This document shows positions 30,733 through 39,762 of a DNA stretch of 64,000 nucleotides, piece by piece. Below the pieces are notes generated by a model. It saw nothing but the letters and a program-made list of their open reading frames with translations, had not been told where the DNA came from and did no database searches. The stretch is from Deferribacterales bacterium (GTDB lineage: Bacteria; Chrysiogenota; Deferribacteres; Deferribacterales; Geovibrionaceae). The DNA is taken from assembly GCA_050251945.1 (NCBI GenBank), contig JBFWLW010000001.1, positions 352,001 to 416,000 of the forward strand, given 5' to 3'. Each line of letters starts with the position of its first letter. The stretch's first letter is position 1. Made by a program: the position numbers and the translations under genes.

Positions 30733-31176
30733 TTGGATTCATTCATACTGCGTGAAGAAGACTACGCCATAAGAATAATTGTGTTTCTGGCAACTGTCGG
30801 CAAACAGGTCAAAACCGACGACATCTGCCGCACTCTCTATCTTTCACGTCCTATAGTTGTCAAAATAATAAACAAACTTAAAAACTGCGGTTTTATCATA
30901 ACAAAAACAGGAAAGGACGGCGGTCTGACTATCAGCGACCATACACTGGAAGCAAGCATATATGACATTCTTGCCTGCATGGGCTTCACCGGAAGGGTGA
31001 ACTCCTGCAAAACGGACAACGCAACCTGCCAGCTTTTCCCCATCTGCAAGATCAACAGACTTTTCAGCAATATCCAGAAAGATATAGAGGATAGGCTGAA
31101 ACAGGCAAAGATAAAAGAGTTTCTTTTTAACGGTAACGAATTGTTTTCAAAATCCAAATCAATGCAGGAGGTCTGA
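30733..31176 (+). CDS. Rrf2-family regulator with three C-terminal Cys
   Basis: DYAIR, L...G.I....GKDGG, C-x6-C-x5-C; abuts ccoN. Confidence 0.85.
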   Translation: MDSFILREEDYAIRIIVFLATVGKQVKTDDICRTLYLSRPIVVKIINKLKNCGFIITKTGKDGGLTISDHTLEASIYDILACMGFTGRVNSCKTDNATCQLFPICKINRLFSNIQKDIEDRLKQAKIKEFLFNGNELFSKSKSMQEV

Positions 31177-32577
31177 ATGAACAACGAGTTTCATTACGAC
31201 TACAAGACGGTACAGGGATTCGTTCTCTCCGCCATCTTCTGGGGTGTTATTGGTCTTGTGATCGGTCTTCTTATCTCTGCTCAGCTTTGGGATGCTAACC
31301 TTAATTTTGGTGAGTATTTCTCATACGGCAGACTTAGAACCCTTCACACCAATGTTCTGGCATACGGTCTCGGAATTGGAGCCGAATTCGGTATATTTTA
31401 TTATATCGTTATGAGGCTGACAAAGAGACCTCTGGTTCTTCCAAAGGTTGCACGCTTTCACCTTTGGCTGTTCAATGTAGGTATGGTGCTTGCGACGCTT
31501 TCACTTTTCGTAGGTATGAACCAGTCTCTTGAATATGCTGAGTTTGAGTGGCCCATCGACATTGCGATAGTTATCCTCTGGGTGCTTTTCGCAATCAACG
31601 TTCTCGGCAACGTGTTCACAAGAAAAGAGAAAAACATGTACGTTTCTCTCTGGTATGTAATAGCGACAATCATAACAGTGGCTATTCTGTACATCGTGAA
31701 CAACCTTGCTATTCCCGCATCGCTGACAAAATCCTATCACATTTTCGCAGGTGTAAACAGTGCGAACGTGGAATGGTGGTACGGACACAACGCCGTGGGT
31801 TTCCTTTTCACAACACCCATACTGGCAATGTTCTACTATTTCCTTCCTAAGTCTACCGGGCTGCCGATATACAGCCACAGACTTTCCATCATCTCTTTCT
31901 GGTCGCTGATATTCGCATATCTCTGGACAGGCGCACACCACCTTGTGTACACTCCCCTGCCCGACTGGATACAGACGCTGGGCATCGCCTTCACTCTGTT
32001 CCTCATCGCTCCGTCATGGGGTTCCGTTGTGAACGGCTATTTCACAGTGGACAAAGACTGGTCTAAGATGAGAACCAACTATCTGACTAAATTCTTTATA
32101 GTCGGTATCACATTCTATGGTCTTCAGACAATTCAAGGTCCCTCTCAGGGCATCAGGGTCATCAGCTCCCTTATCCACTATACTGACTGGGTTCCCGGAC
32201 ACGTTCACATGGGTACAATGGGCTGGGTTACAATGGTTATCTGCGCGTCAGTTTACTATATGATCCCCGCTATGTACAAAACTGAGATTTACAGCGAAAA
32301 ACTTGCAAACATCCACTTCTGGATAGTTCTTGTGGGACAGCTTATGTTCTCCATCACTATGTGGATCACAGGTATCCAGCAAGGCGCTATGTGGAAGATG
32401 ACAAACGCCGACGGCTCTCTCCAGTATACGTTCATGGAGACGCTGGTTCGCAACTATCCCTACTGGCAGATGAGAACCGTTGCCGGTGTGATATTCGTTG
32501 TCGGTATGCTGTTCTTCGTATATAACGTACTTATGACAATCAAAAAAGGCAACGACCTTGCCAAACAGGCAGCGTAG
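31177..32577 (+). CDS. ccoN: cbb3-type cytochrome c oxidase subunit I
   Basis: GRLRTLHTN, EYAEFEW, WWYGHNAVGF, WTGAHHL, HYTDW..GHVH.G. Confidence 0.96.
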   Translation: MNNEFHYDYKTVQGFVLSAIFWGVIGLVIGLLISAQLWDANLNFGEYFSYGRLRTLHTNVLAYGLGIGAEFGIFYYIVMRLTKRPLVLPKVARFHLWLFNVGMVLATLSLFVGMNQSLEYAEFEWPIDIAIVILWVLFAINVLGNVFTRKEKNMYVSLWYVIATIITVAILYIVNNLAIPASLTKSYHIFAGVNSANVEWWYGHNAVGFLFTTPILAMFYYFLPKSTGLPIYSHRLSIISFWSLIFAYLWTGAHHLVYTPLPDWIQTLGIAFTLFLIAPSWGSVVNGYFTVDKDWSKMRTNYLTKFFIVGITFYGLQTIQGPSQGIRVISSLIHYTDWVPGHVHMGTMGWVTMVICASVYYMIPAMYKTEIYSEKLANIHFWIVLVGQLMFSITMWITGIQQGAMWKMTNADGSLQYTFMETLVRNYPYWQMRTVAGVIFVVGMLFFVYNVLMTIKKGNDLAKQAA

Positions 32578-32588
32578 GGAGGCATACG

Positions 32589-33473
32589 ATGAGCAATCAC
32601 GAAAACTCACTTTACAGCAAAGCCGTCCTGTTCGCAGTTGTTGCTGCGGTAACAGTATTAATCGGTACAATAGTGACAGTGTTCGTTCCTATGTTTACAT
32701 CAGGAATGCACCCTAAGAACGAAAACCTTCAGCCTTTCACCGCTCTGCAGCTTGCAGGACGCGACGTGTATCAGGCAGAGGGCTGCGTTAACTGCCATAC
32801 TCAGACAGTCCGTCCTCTTAAATCGGATGTTCTGAGATACGGCGAATACTCAAAAGCAGGCGAATTTGCTTACGACAGACCCTTCCTTTGGGGTTCAAAA
32901 CGTACAGGTCCCGACCTTGCGAGAATCGGCGGCAAATATCCCGACGATTGGCATATTCAGCACTTTGAGAACCCTCAGGCGTTCTTTCCGATGTCTAACA
33001 TGCCCAAATATACATGGCTGAAAAACAAGCCTCTCAACGCTTCCGAGACGCTGGCACACATGAAAGCGCTTGGCTTCCCTTACACTGAGGAAGAAGAGAA
33101 AGCTCTTGAATCTTCAACCCAGCTTGACGCTCTGGTAGCTTACATGCAGGTTATCGGTACATCGGTTGCAAGAAAAGAAGCCATCGTTGTTGACGCATCT
33201 ATGATAGAATCTGCGAACCCGTTTGCAGGCAAACCCGAAGCCATCGCAGCAGGTCAGGCTGTTTACAAAGCTGAATGTGCAGGCTGCCACGGGCAGAATG
33301 CGGAAGGCAACATCGGCGCATCCATATCTGACTACGCTCAGGGCGAACCCGCTGACACTGACACCTACATAACCGTTGCAAACGGTCTTGAAGGCGCTAT
33401 GCCCGCTTTTGCAGGACAGCTCAGCAAAGAAAAGATATGGTCTGTTGTTTCATACATCAACAGCCTTAAATAA
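32589..33473 (+). CDS. ccoO: cbb3 subunit II fused to an extra C-terminal cytochrome c domain
   Basis: EGCVNCHTQ.VRP, WGSKRTGPDLAR; second heme CAGCHG...G.MPAF. Confidence 0.92.
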   Translation: MSNHENSLYSKAVLFAVVAAVTVLIGTIVTVFVPMFTSGMHPKNENLQPFTALQLAGRDVYQAEGCVNCHTQTVRPLKSDVLRYGEYSKAGEFAYDRPFLWGSKRTGPDLARIGGKYPDDWHIQHFENPQAFFPMSNMPKYTWLKNKPLNASETLAHMKALGFPYTEEEEKALESSTQLDALVAYMQVIGTSVARKEAIVVDASMIESANPFAGKPEAIAAGQAVYKAECAGCHGQNAEGNIGASISDYAQGEPADTDTYITVANGLEGAMPAFAGQLSKEKIWSVVSYINSLK

Positions 33474-33491
33474 CAGGGAAGAGGTGCTAAT

Positions 33492-33686
33492 ATGAAAGAG
33501 GAATTCGATAACCTTGAAGAATTCACAAGGGAAGACACCGAACATGCACTTCCCCTCGGGTGGCTGATACTTTTCATCGGACTCATCGTTTTCGGTATAT
33601 ACTATGTATACGCCTACACGCCCGCTTTCACCGGCTGGTCGCAGGAAAAAGCGTTTGAAGAGTCCATGCAGGCTCAGCCTAAGTAA
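33492..33686 (+). CDS. Stand-alone CcoP N-terminal-like membrane peptide
   Basis: FD.LEE....LP.GW..LF.....FG.YY pattern; no CxxCH. Confidence 0.75.
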   Translation: MKEEFDNLEEFTREDTEHALPLGWLILFIGLIVFGIYYVYAYTPAFTGWSQEKAFEESMQAQPK

Positions 33687-33700
33687 CCTATCAATAACGA

Positions 33701-33729
33701 GAAAGGGAGCTTAGGCTCCCTTTCCTTTT
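33701..33729 (+). terminator. Terminator separating the structural cco genes from downstream genes
   Basis: GAAAGGGAGC-TTAG-GCTCCCTTTC then a T-rich tail. Confidence 0.75.
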
Positions 33730-33736
33730 AACAAAC

Positions 33737-33816
33737 GAGATCGCCGCGTCGCTAGCGCTCCTCGCGAAGACAGGTTTCGCCTCTGCGGGGAAGTTCTAAG
33801 ACTGACGAACAGTCTC
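33737..33816. repeat. REP-like dyad (stand-alone copy)
   Basis: GAGATCGCCGCGTCGC..GCGCTCCTCGCGAAGAC ... CAGTCTC; same family as the 9.2, 35.2 and 39.6-39.9 kb copies. Confidence 0.75.
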
Positions 33817-33836
33817 AAAAACCAAGGAGGCTTACC

Positions 33837-33983
33837 ATGATTGGGAGCATCTACTCATTCCTTTTCTACGGACTGTCGCTGACGGTCATCTTTGCCGTGA
33901 TCATCTTCTATTACTATTCAAAGAAGAGAAAAGACGCGGTTGAGGAAGCAAAATACAAAATGATGGAAGATGATGATGATTAA
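33837..33983 (+). CDS. ccoQ: cbb3 subunit CcoQ-like (48 aa)
   Basis: AGGAGG SD; MIGSIYSFLFYGLSLTVIFAVIIFYYYSKKRKDAVEEAKYKMMEDDDD; not in ORF track. Confidence 0.8.
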   Translation: MIGSIYSFLFYGLSLTVIFAVIIFYYYSKKRKDAVEEAKYKMMEDDDD

Positions 33984-35193
33984 TCTGCAAAAATACCGCT
34001 GGGCGGTGAGACTATTCAACACCGCCTTATTCCTTCTCATCCCGTGGCTCATCGTTGGCGGTCACAGCGCATTGCGTTTTGACATCCCTACTATGCGCCT
34101 TTTTTTCTTCGGTGCATCTGTTTGGATAGAAAACTTCTTTATTCTTCTTTTATTTACTTTTTTTATTACTTTCCTCGGAATACTGATAACACAGCTTTAC
34201 GGACGTATCTGGTGCGGATGGTTCTGCCCGCACACGGTGATGATAAATCTCACATGGTTCTTTGACAGAAAAAAACTGAATTTTATCAATAAGGTTCTTA
34301 ATCATATACTGGTGTTTCTCGTAAGTATCATAGCGGGTGTTACCATAGTATTTTATTTTGTATCACCCTATGATTTCTTCAGGGATATAGCGGCAGGAAC
34401 GCTGGGCAGTGTCACAATGTGGTTCTGTATAGTTCTGACAGTGCTGACTTATCTCAGCTTCACGCTGATACGCTATAAGTTCTGTACGACGGTCTGTCCA
34501 TATTCCAAGCTGCAATCCATCATGTTCGACAGGAACACGCTGATTGTGGCATTCGACCCCGCAACAGCAGACAGATGTATCAAATGCAACGCCTGCGTGA
34601 AAACCTGCCCCGTTGGGCTTGATATCCGCAAAGGGCTTGTTTCCGCCTGCATCAACTGCGGACAGTGCATCACAGCCTGCGCGAAGGTCATGAAAAAGAA
34701 ACAGCACCCCAGCCTCGTGCATTATATCTTCGGTTTTGATAAGCAAAAGAATCCGTTTCGCGTTAATGTACTCATAACAGGCGTAGTGACACTGATATTC
34801 GGAATTGCTTTCATATGGATGGCGGCAACAACAAAACCTTTTGAATTTCAGGTACTTCCGAACCAGATGTTTATGCCCAGAGAAAAGGACGATCGCATTA
34901 TTAACTCTTATGAACTGGTACTTAAAAATATTTCAGACAAGGACATTTCATTTGATCTGGATGTCGCCGGCACAGACGGTTATGAACTGCAATATGAAAA
35001 ACCGCTTACCGTCAAACCCACGGAAAGTGTTAAGAGAACTGTTTTTCTGTTCATTCCGGAAGAAAAACTGGAGAAATTTCCTATATTATCACTGAATATG
35101 AGGGCAATACCGGATAACGGTGAAATGAAACCCCAAGAGAGCGAATTCAGCTTCCGCAGACCGATAAAGGCAAAACGGAAGACTGTAAAATAA
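33970..35193 (+). CDS. ccoG: CcoG/FixG 4Fe-4S membrane protein
   Basis: GRIWCGWFCP, FC..VCPY..LQS, CIKCNACVKTCPVGLDIR..CINCGQCITAC. Confidence 0.92.
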   Translation: MMMINLQKYRWAVRLFNTALFLLIPWLIVGGHSALRFDIPTMRLFFFGASVWIENFFILLLFTFFITFLGILITQLYGRIWCGWFCPHTVMINLTWFFDRKKLNFINKVLNHILVFLVSIIAGVTIVFYFVSPYDFFRDIAAGTLGSVTMWFCIVLTVLTYLSFTLIRYKFCTTVCPYSKLQSIMFDRNTLIVAFDPATADRCIKCNACVKTCPVGLDIRKGLVSACINCGQCITACAKVMKKKQHPSLVHYIFGFDKQKNPFRVNVLITGVVTLIFGIAFIWMAATTKPFEFQVLPNQMFMPREKDDRIINSYELVLKNISDKDISFDLDVAGTDGYELQYEKPLTVKPTESVKRTVFLFIPEEKLEKFPILSLNMRAIPDNGEMKPQESEFSFRRPIKAKRKTVK

Positions 35194-35202
35194 AGATAAA
35201 CA

Positions 35203-35274
35203 CAGATTGCCGCGTCGCTGCGCTCCTCGCAATGACATCTGTTTGTCTCTGCGAACCGACGGAAAAGCAATCTG
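35203..35274. repeat. REP-like dyad (stand-alone copy)
   Basis: CAGATTGCCGCGTCGCTGCGCTCCTCGCAATGAC ... GTCTCTGCGA...GCAATCTG. Confidence 0.8.
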
Positions 35275-35290
35275 AATTTTGAGGTAGAAA

Positions 35291-35725
35291 ATGAAAATAT
35301 CTCTTTTGATTTTTCTTGTAGGCTTTCTGACCATTGCGCCGAGTATTTATATGGGAATAAAATACTTTGACGGCAAAGTGACGGAAAAACCTTATGAAAC
35401 GGGACTTGAGTATGACAAGTGCGAAAAGATCATAAATGAGAACGGTCTGGCGCTTGAAAACATTAAAACCGTCAAGAACGGCGACAAAGTTTCTATCCAG
35501 TTTGCATTTGCAAACACAACAGGTGTTGCTGTTACTGACGAAAAATTCGTTGTGGAACGTCCCGCAACAAACGGCGACATTGTGTACATCACCCCTCAGA
35601 CCGACGGAAAGCTCTATAAAGCGGAGTTTCCCGTTAACGGATACGGAAATTTTGTTCTTGAGGTTCGTGCGAAGGTAGCTGCGGACGAAATAGCCCTCAG
35701 GAAGAATTTTTATATCAACCAATAA
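35291..35725 (+). CDS. FixH/CcoH-like protein
   Basis: N-terminal TM, FDG.VTEKPYE.GL.YD, VERPAT; position in the cco maturation cluster. Confidence 0.75.
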   Translation: MKISLLIFLVGFLTIAPSIYMGIKYFDGKVTEKPYETGLEYDKCEKIINENGLALENIKTVKNGDKVSIQFAFANTTGVAVTDEKFVVERPATNGDIVYITPQTDGKLYKAEFPVNGYGNFVLEVRAKVAADEIALRKNFYINQ

Positions 35726-35740
35726 GCAGGAGGTTTTATT

Positions 35741-35827
35741 ATGAAACTCGGAACAGTAGTAATGATAGTATCGCTTATCGCAATGATAGGCATCCCCCTC
35801 TTTTTCGCGATGAAATTCGCTAACTGA
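35741..35827 (+). CDS. 28-aa single-TM small protein
   Basis: AGGAGG SD; MKLGTVVMIVSLIAMIGIPLFFAMKFAN; its TGA overlaps the ccoS ATG. Confidence 0.65.
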   Translation: MKLGTVVMIVSLIAMIGIPLFFAMKFAN

Positions 35828-35976
35828 TGGGCGCACTTTACATTATGATCCCCATCTCCCTGATTTTGGGAGTGATTGTCCTTGCCGTTTTTCTTTGGGC
35901 GGGCAAAAGCGGGGAGTTTGAAGACATGGAAGGACCGAAATACCGTATGATGGATGATGATGACGACGACAAGTGA
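35827..35976 (+). CDS. ccoS: cbb3 oxidase assembly protein CcoS
   Basis: MGALYIMIPISLILGVIVLAVFLWAGKSGEFEDMEGPKYRMMDDDDDDK; not in ORF track. Confidence 0.9.
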   Translation: MGALYIMIPISLILGVIVLAVFLWAGKSGEFEDMEGPKYRMMDDDDDDK

Positions 35977-38368
35977 GAAGGTTGTTCAATGTTCCCACTG
36001 TATGCAGGACGTCAACAGAAACCAGTCAATACAGGAGTGTATCGACGGTCAGGATGTCTTTTTTTGCTGCCATGGCTGTGCGGGTGCCTACAGGATACTC
36101 AAAACAGAAGGGCTTGGCAAATTTTACACTAAAAGAGAGGGTGAATGGGAAGCAGGAGCTGTGTCAAACGTCAAGGTGTCCGAAGATTTGTTCTTCGACA
36201 GCATAAAGGTGACAGACACGGGCTATGAAGTGGACATCGCTCTCAGCGGCATACGCTGTGCCGCATGTATCTGGCTGATAGAAACCTACATATCAAAGGC
36301 TGAAGGGGTGGAGTCGGTTCGCGTGAACTACGCCACCCACAAAGCCCGTATAAGATGGACAAAAGGCAGTATAACCCTTGCCGAGATAATAGACAGAATA
36401 ACTTCAATAGGTTACTGCCCTCTTCCAATAAGCAAATCATCCGTAGAAACAATCTACGAAAACGAAAAGAAAGATTATTTTTACCGGTTTTCCATAGCCG
36501 CATTCTTCACAATGCAGCTCATGATTTACACCGTTGCCCTGTATGCCGGATATTTTCAGGGCATCAACGCGGGTTTGAAGGACTTTTTTGAATATATTGC
36601 GTGGTTCCTCTGCACACCTGTCATGTTCTATTCGGGGTTCCCGTTCATTAAAAGCTCACTGCAGGCAATACGCAAAGGACACACAACCATGGACACCCTG
36701 ATATTTCTGGGGTCGTTCACTGCATACGTTTACAGCATTTTCGCACTCTTTCTGGAGAAAGAGATATATTTTGACACCACGGCAAACATTATCACCCTGA
36801 TACTGCTTGGGCGGTACATTGAGGCGGGTGCAAAGGTAAGAACCTCAAACGCAGTGTCAAAACTTCTGACATACCAGCCTTCGCAGGTGCGCCTGATAGA
36901 AAATTTCGCTCCGGACAGACCTTATGAATCTGCCATGGTGCATGTCAAGCAGGTGCGCGCCGGACAATATATTGAGGTTTTGCCCGGAGATTCAGTACCT
37001 GCCGACGGATACGTTGTTAAAGGCAGCACGGAGATAAACGAATCAATGCTCACAGGCGAAGCCACCCCGAAATATAAATCAGAGGGCGAAAAGGTTTTTG
37101 CCGGAACTATAAACATAAACGGAAGTATCGTCGTTCAGATTGAGCAGGTTGGTGCAACAACAACCCTTTCAAAGATAGTTCAGGCTGTGGAGGATGCTCA
37201 ATCGTCCAAAGCACCGATACAGAACGTCGCCGACAAGGTCGTTGCGTGGTTCGTTCCAACGATACTCGCCATCTCTGCAGGAACTTTTTTGTTCTGGTAC
37301 TGGCACAGCGGAACCATCCTGACATCTGTCATGACGGCGGTCTCTGTGCTTGTGATAGCCTGTCCGTGCGCTCTTGGGCTTGCAACACCGCTTGCCATAC
37401 TGATTGCCACATCCAAAATAACCAAGCTGGGCGCAGTGGCAAAATCGGGCGATATAATAGAAAGATACAGCAAGGCGAACGTGTTCCTTTTTGACAAAAC
37501 CGGAACTATAACCAAAGGCGAACTGAAAGTCGAAGACGTTATCGCCGAAGATAAAAAGACTGTTCTGGCTCTGGCGGCATCGCTGGAAAAGAACTCTTCC
37601 CACCTCATAGCCAAGGCTATCACAACAGCTTATGAAGACGATTTCCTTCCGGTTTCTGATTTCACTGAGGTACCGGGCAAAGGCGTTGTAGGGTTAGTAT
37701 ACGGACAAAAAGTATCGGTCGGAACGAAAGCTTTTATGGCTGAGAACGGCATCGCAATACCTGAAACTTCTGATACAGGACACACAATTGCCTGTGTCGG
37801 CATAAACGGCATTTTCGCAGGAATGATAACTCTTTCAGACAGCATCCGTGAAAATGCAGCTGACGTGCTTAGATATATAAACAAGAAAGGCATGAAATCA
37901 GTCATTATAACCGGAGACAACAAAGCCGCGGCAGAAAAGCTGATTGAAAAACTTGGCGTTAAAGGGCTGGAATACGTCTCAGATGTTACGCCATTTCAGA
38001 AAGCCGAAATAATCAGGCAATATCAAAAAGATAAAAAAATCTGCGTAATGGTTGGCGACGGAATAAACGACGCTCCCGCGCTTACAACTGCCGACGTTGG
38101 TGTTGCCATAGGTAATGGAACTGATATAGCCATAGAAAGTTCCGACATAGTGCTTATGCGGGATGAACTGCCAATGCTCACGACTCTGCACGAGACATCG
38201 GTCAAGACCTTAAGGATAATCAAGGAAAACCTTTTCTGGGCTTTTTCTTATAATATAGTGATGGTACCTCTGGCAGTGACAGGAAAGGTGCATCCGGTTT
38301 TCAGCGCCGCGCTTATGAGCATCAGCAGTCTGCTGGTGGTCTTCAATTCACTCAGAATCAACAGATAG
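35954..38368 (+). CDS. ccoI: Cu-transporting P1B ATPase CcoI/FixI
   Basis: CSHC...FCCHGC, CAAC, TGE, ACPCALGLATP, DKTGT, GDGINDAP. Confidence 0.93.
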   Translation: MMMTTTSEKVVQCSHCMQDVNRNQSIQECIDGQDVFFCCHGCAGAYRILKTEGLGKFYTKREGEWEAGAVSNVKVSEDLFFDSIKVTDTGYEVDIALSGIRCAACIWLIETYISKAEGVESVRVNYATHKARIRWTKGSITLAEIIDRITSIGYCPLPISKSSVETIYENEKKDYFYRFSIAAFFTMQLMIYTVALYAGYFQGINAGLKDFFEYIAWFLCTPVMFYSGFPFIKSSLQAIRKGHTTMDTLIFLGSFTAYVYSIFALFLEKEIYFDTTANIITLILLGRYIEAGAKVRTSNAVSKLLTYQPSQVRLIENFAPDRPYESAMVHVKQVRAGQYIEVLPGDSVPADGYVVKGSTEINESMLTGEATPKYKSEGEKVFAGTININGSIVVQIEQVGATTTLSKIVQAVEDAQSSKAPIQNVADKVVAWFVPTILAISAGTFLFWYWHSGTILTSVMTAVSVLVIACPCALGLATPLAILIATSKITKLGAVAKSGDIIERYSKANVFLFDKTGTITKGELKVEDVIAEDKKTVLALAASLEKNSSHLIAKAITTAYEDDFLPVSDFTEVPGKGVVGLVYGQKVSVGTKAFMAENGIAIPETSDTGHTIACVGINGIFAGMITLSDSIRENAADVLRYINKKGMKSVIITGDNKAAAEKLIEKLGVKGLEYVSDVTPFQKAEIIRQYQKDKKICVMVGDGINDAPALTTADVGVAIGNGTDIAIESSDIVLMRDELPMLTTLHETSVKTLRIIKENLFWAFSYNIVMVPLAVTGKVHPVFSAALMSISSLLVVFNSLRINR

Positions 38369-39028
38369 TCACATCCTGATTCCCGACCAGATGAAGAAAG
38401 CCCCCATAACAACCATTATCACCAGCGAAAGTGCGTTGAAGAAACCTCTGCGCGCCATGAGGAAATTGCCGAAGACGGAAGCCGCAAGGAGTGCCGCCAT
38501 TGTACCTGTGCCGAAAAAAAGCATGGAAAGAAGCCCGCGAAGGGCATCGGCAGAGGATGCGGAGGCTATGATTACCCCATAAAGGGGTCCGCAGGGAAGA
38601 AAACCTAAAATCAGTCCGGTCAGATAAGGCGTTTTCGGCTGAAATCTCTTTATCTTGTCCGCAACGTCAACACGCCCTATTTTACTCTCAAGCTTATTCA
38701 TAAAATTATAGCCGGAGAAAGCAAAGATGCCGTAAAACACCAGAAAGACACCAGCGAATATCGCCGCCGCCTTCTGAATACCAGCCAGATTTCCGATGAC
38801 CTGAACCATACTGCCCACCAGACCCGCTATCAGCCCCAGAAAACAGTAAGTCGTTATCCTGCCTAGATTATATTTGATATGCGGGAGGAAAAGCGCCTTA
38901 TAGCCCTTCTTCTCGCCAACGAAACGACCTGAGATATAAAGAACGAAGGGATGGCACATCCCCAGACAATGACCGAAACCGACTGAAAAACCGAGGGTAA
39001 GGAAACCCAGATAAGAAAGTTCTTCCAC
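38369..39028 (-). CDS. DsbD_2/TauE-like membrane protein (cbb3 maturation associated)
   Basis: GHCLGMC, YNLGRITTY, GFLPCGPLY, ML.FG.GT. Confidence 0.85.
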   Translation of the reverse strand: MEELSYLGFLTLGFSVGFGHCLGMCHPFVLYISGRFVGEKKGYKALFLPHIKYNLGRITTYCFLGLIAGLVGSMVQVIGNLAGIQKAAAIFAGVFLVFYGIFAFSGYNFMNKLESKIGRVDVADKIKRFQPKTPYLTGLILGFLPCGPLYGVIIASASSADALRGLLSMLFFGTGTMAALLAASVFGNFLMARRGFFNALSLVIMVVMGAFFIWSGIRM

Positions 39029-39029
39029 C

Positions 39030-39479
39030 TTAATCCTTTATATTGAACAGGAAGACCTTTTCAATCTGTCCGCCTTCATGTCCGAACGCAAGCTTGCCGT
39101 ACCACTCTTTTCCGCCGAAAATACATTTGGGAAGAGTAACTTTGGCTGTATATCCTGTGCTTGCCTTTTGCAGGTTAGCTTTATAAAGTCCCATATCCAT
39201 GGACATATTGAACAGGATATGTCCATGAGAGATATTTACGGGCTTGCCGTCCTTTTCTATAAAAACTCGGAATACTATCTCCGAAAACGGTCTCGCAGGG
39301 CGCGTCATATCTATTTTTATCTTATATCCGCCCTGCTCTATAGTAACCGGACTGTCTGTGACGTCCAGTTTCTTATCGTAATTTATAACGAATTTTTCAG
39401 CAGCAAAACTGGGAGCTGTGAAGCAGAATACCGCCAGTATGAACGATATTGCCCCTACAGCTATCTTCAAACGATTCAT
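39030..39479 (-). CDS. Exported hypothetical protein (YtkA/FixH-like)
   Basis: Signal peptide; FNMSMDMG and LPKC motifs; start ATG 39479 with GAGG SD. Confidence 0.6.
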   Translation of the reverse strand: MNRLKIAVGAISFILAVFCFTAPSFAAEKFVINYDKKLDVTDSPVTIEQGGYKIKIDMTRPARPFSEIVFRVFIEKDGKPVNISHGHILFNMSMDMGLYKANLQKASTGYTAKVTLPKCIFGGKEWYGKLAFGHEGGQIEKVFLFNIKD

Positions 39480-39586
39480 CGGAACACCTCTATTATATAA
39501 TAACACATCGGTATTAATAATCAAAACCTGATATTTTTCAATAGGATAATTTGTTATACCGTCAAAAAAGGCTCCTTTCGGAACCG

Positions 39587-39727
39587 CAGGTTGTTGACAA
39601 AGTCAGGAAAACGCGAGATCGCGTCGTCTCATGCGCTCCTCGCGAAGACAAAAAAACGTCTCTGCGAGGGTTTTAACCCGAAGCAATCTAATGTAAGTCT
39701 ATGCAAATCCAGTTTGTCATCAGTCTG
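39587..39727. mobile_element. ~141-bp MITE copy 2 with internal REP dyad, flanked by a duplicated hairpin
   Basis: Ends CAGGTTGTTGACAAA / TTTGTCATCAGTCTG; AAGGCTCCTTTCGGA(A/G)CC at 39568-39585 and 39728-39745. Confidence 0.8.
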
Positions 39728-39762
39728 AAGGCTCCTTTCGGAGCCAATTATTGATAAAGACA

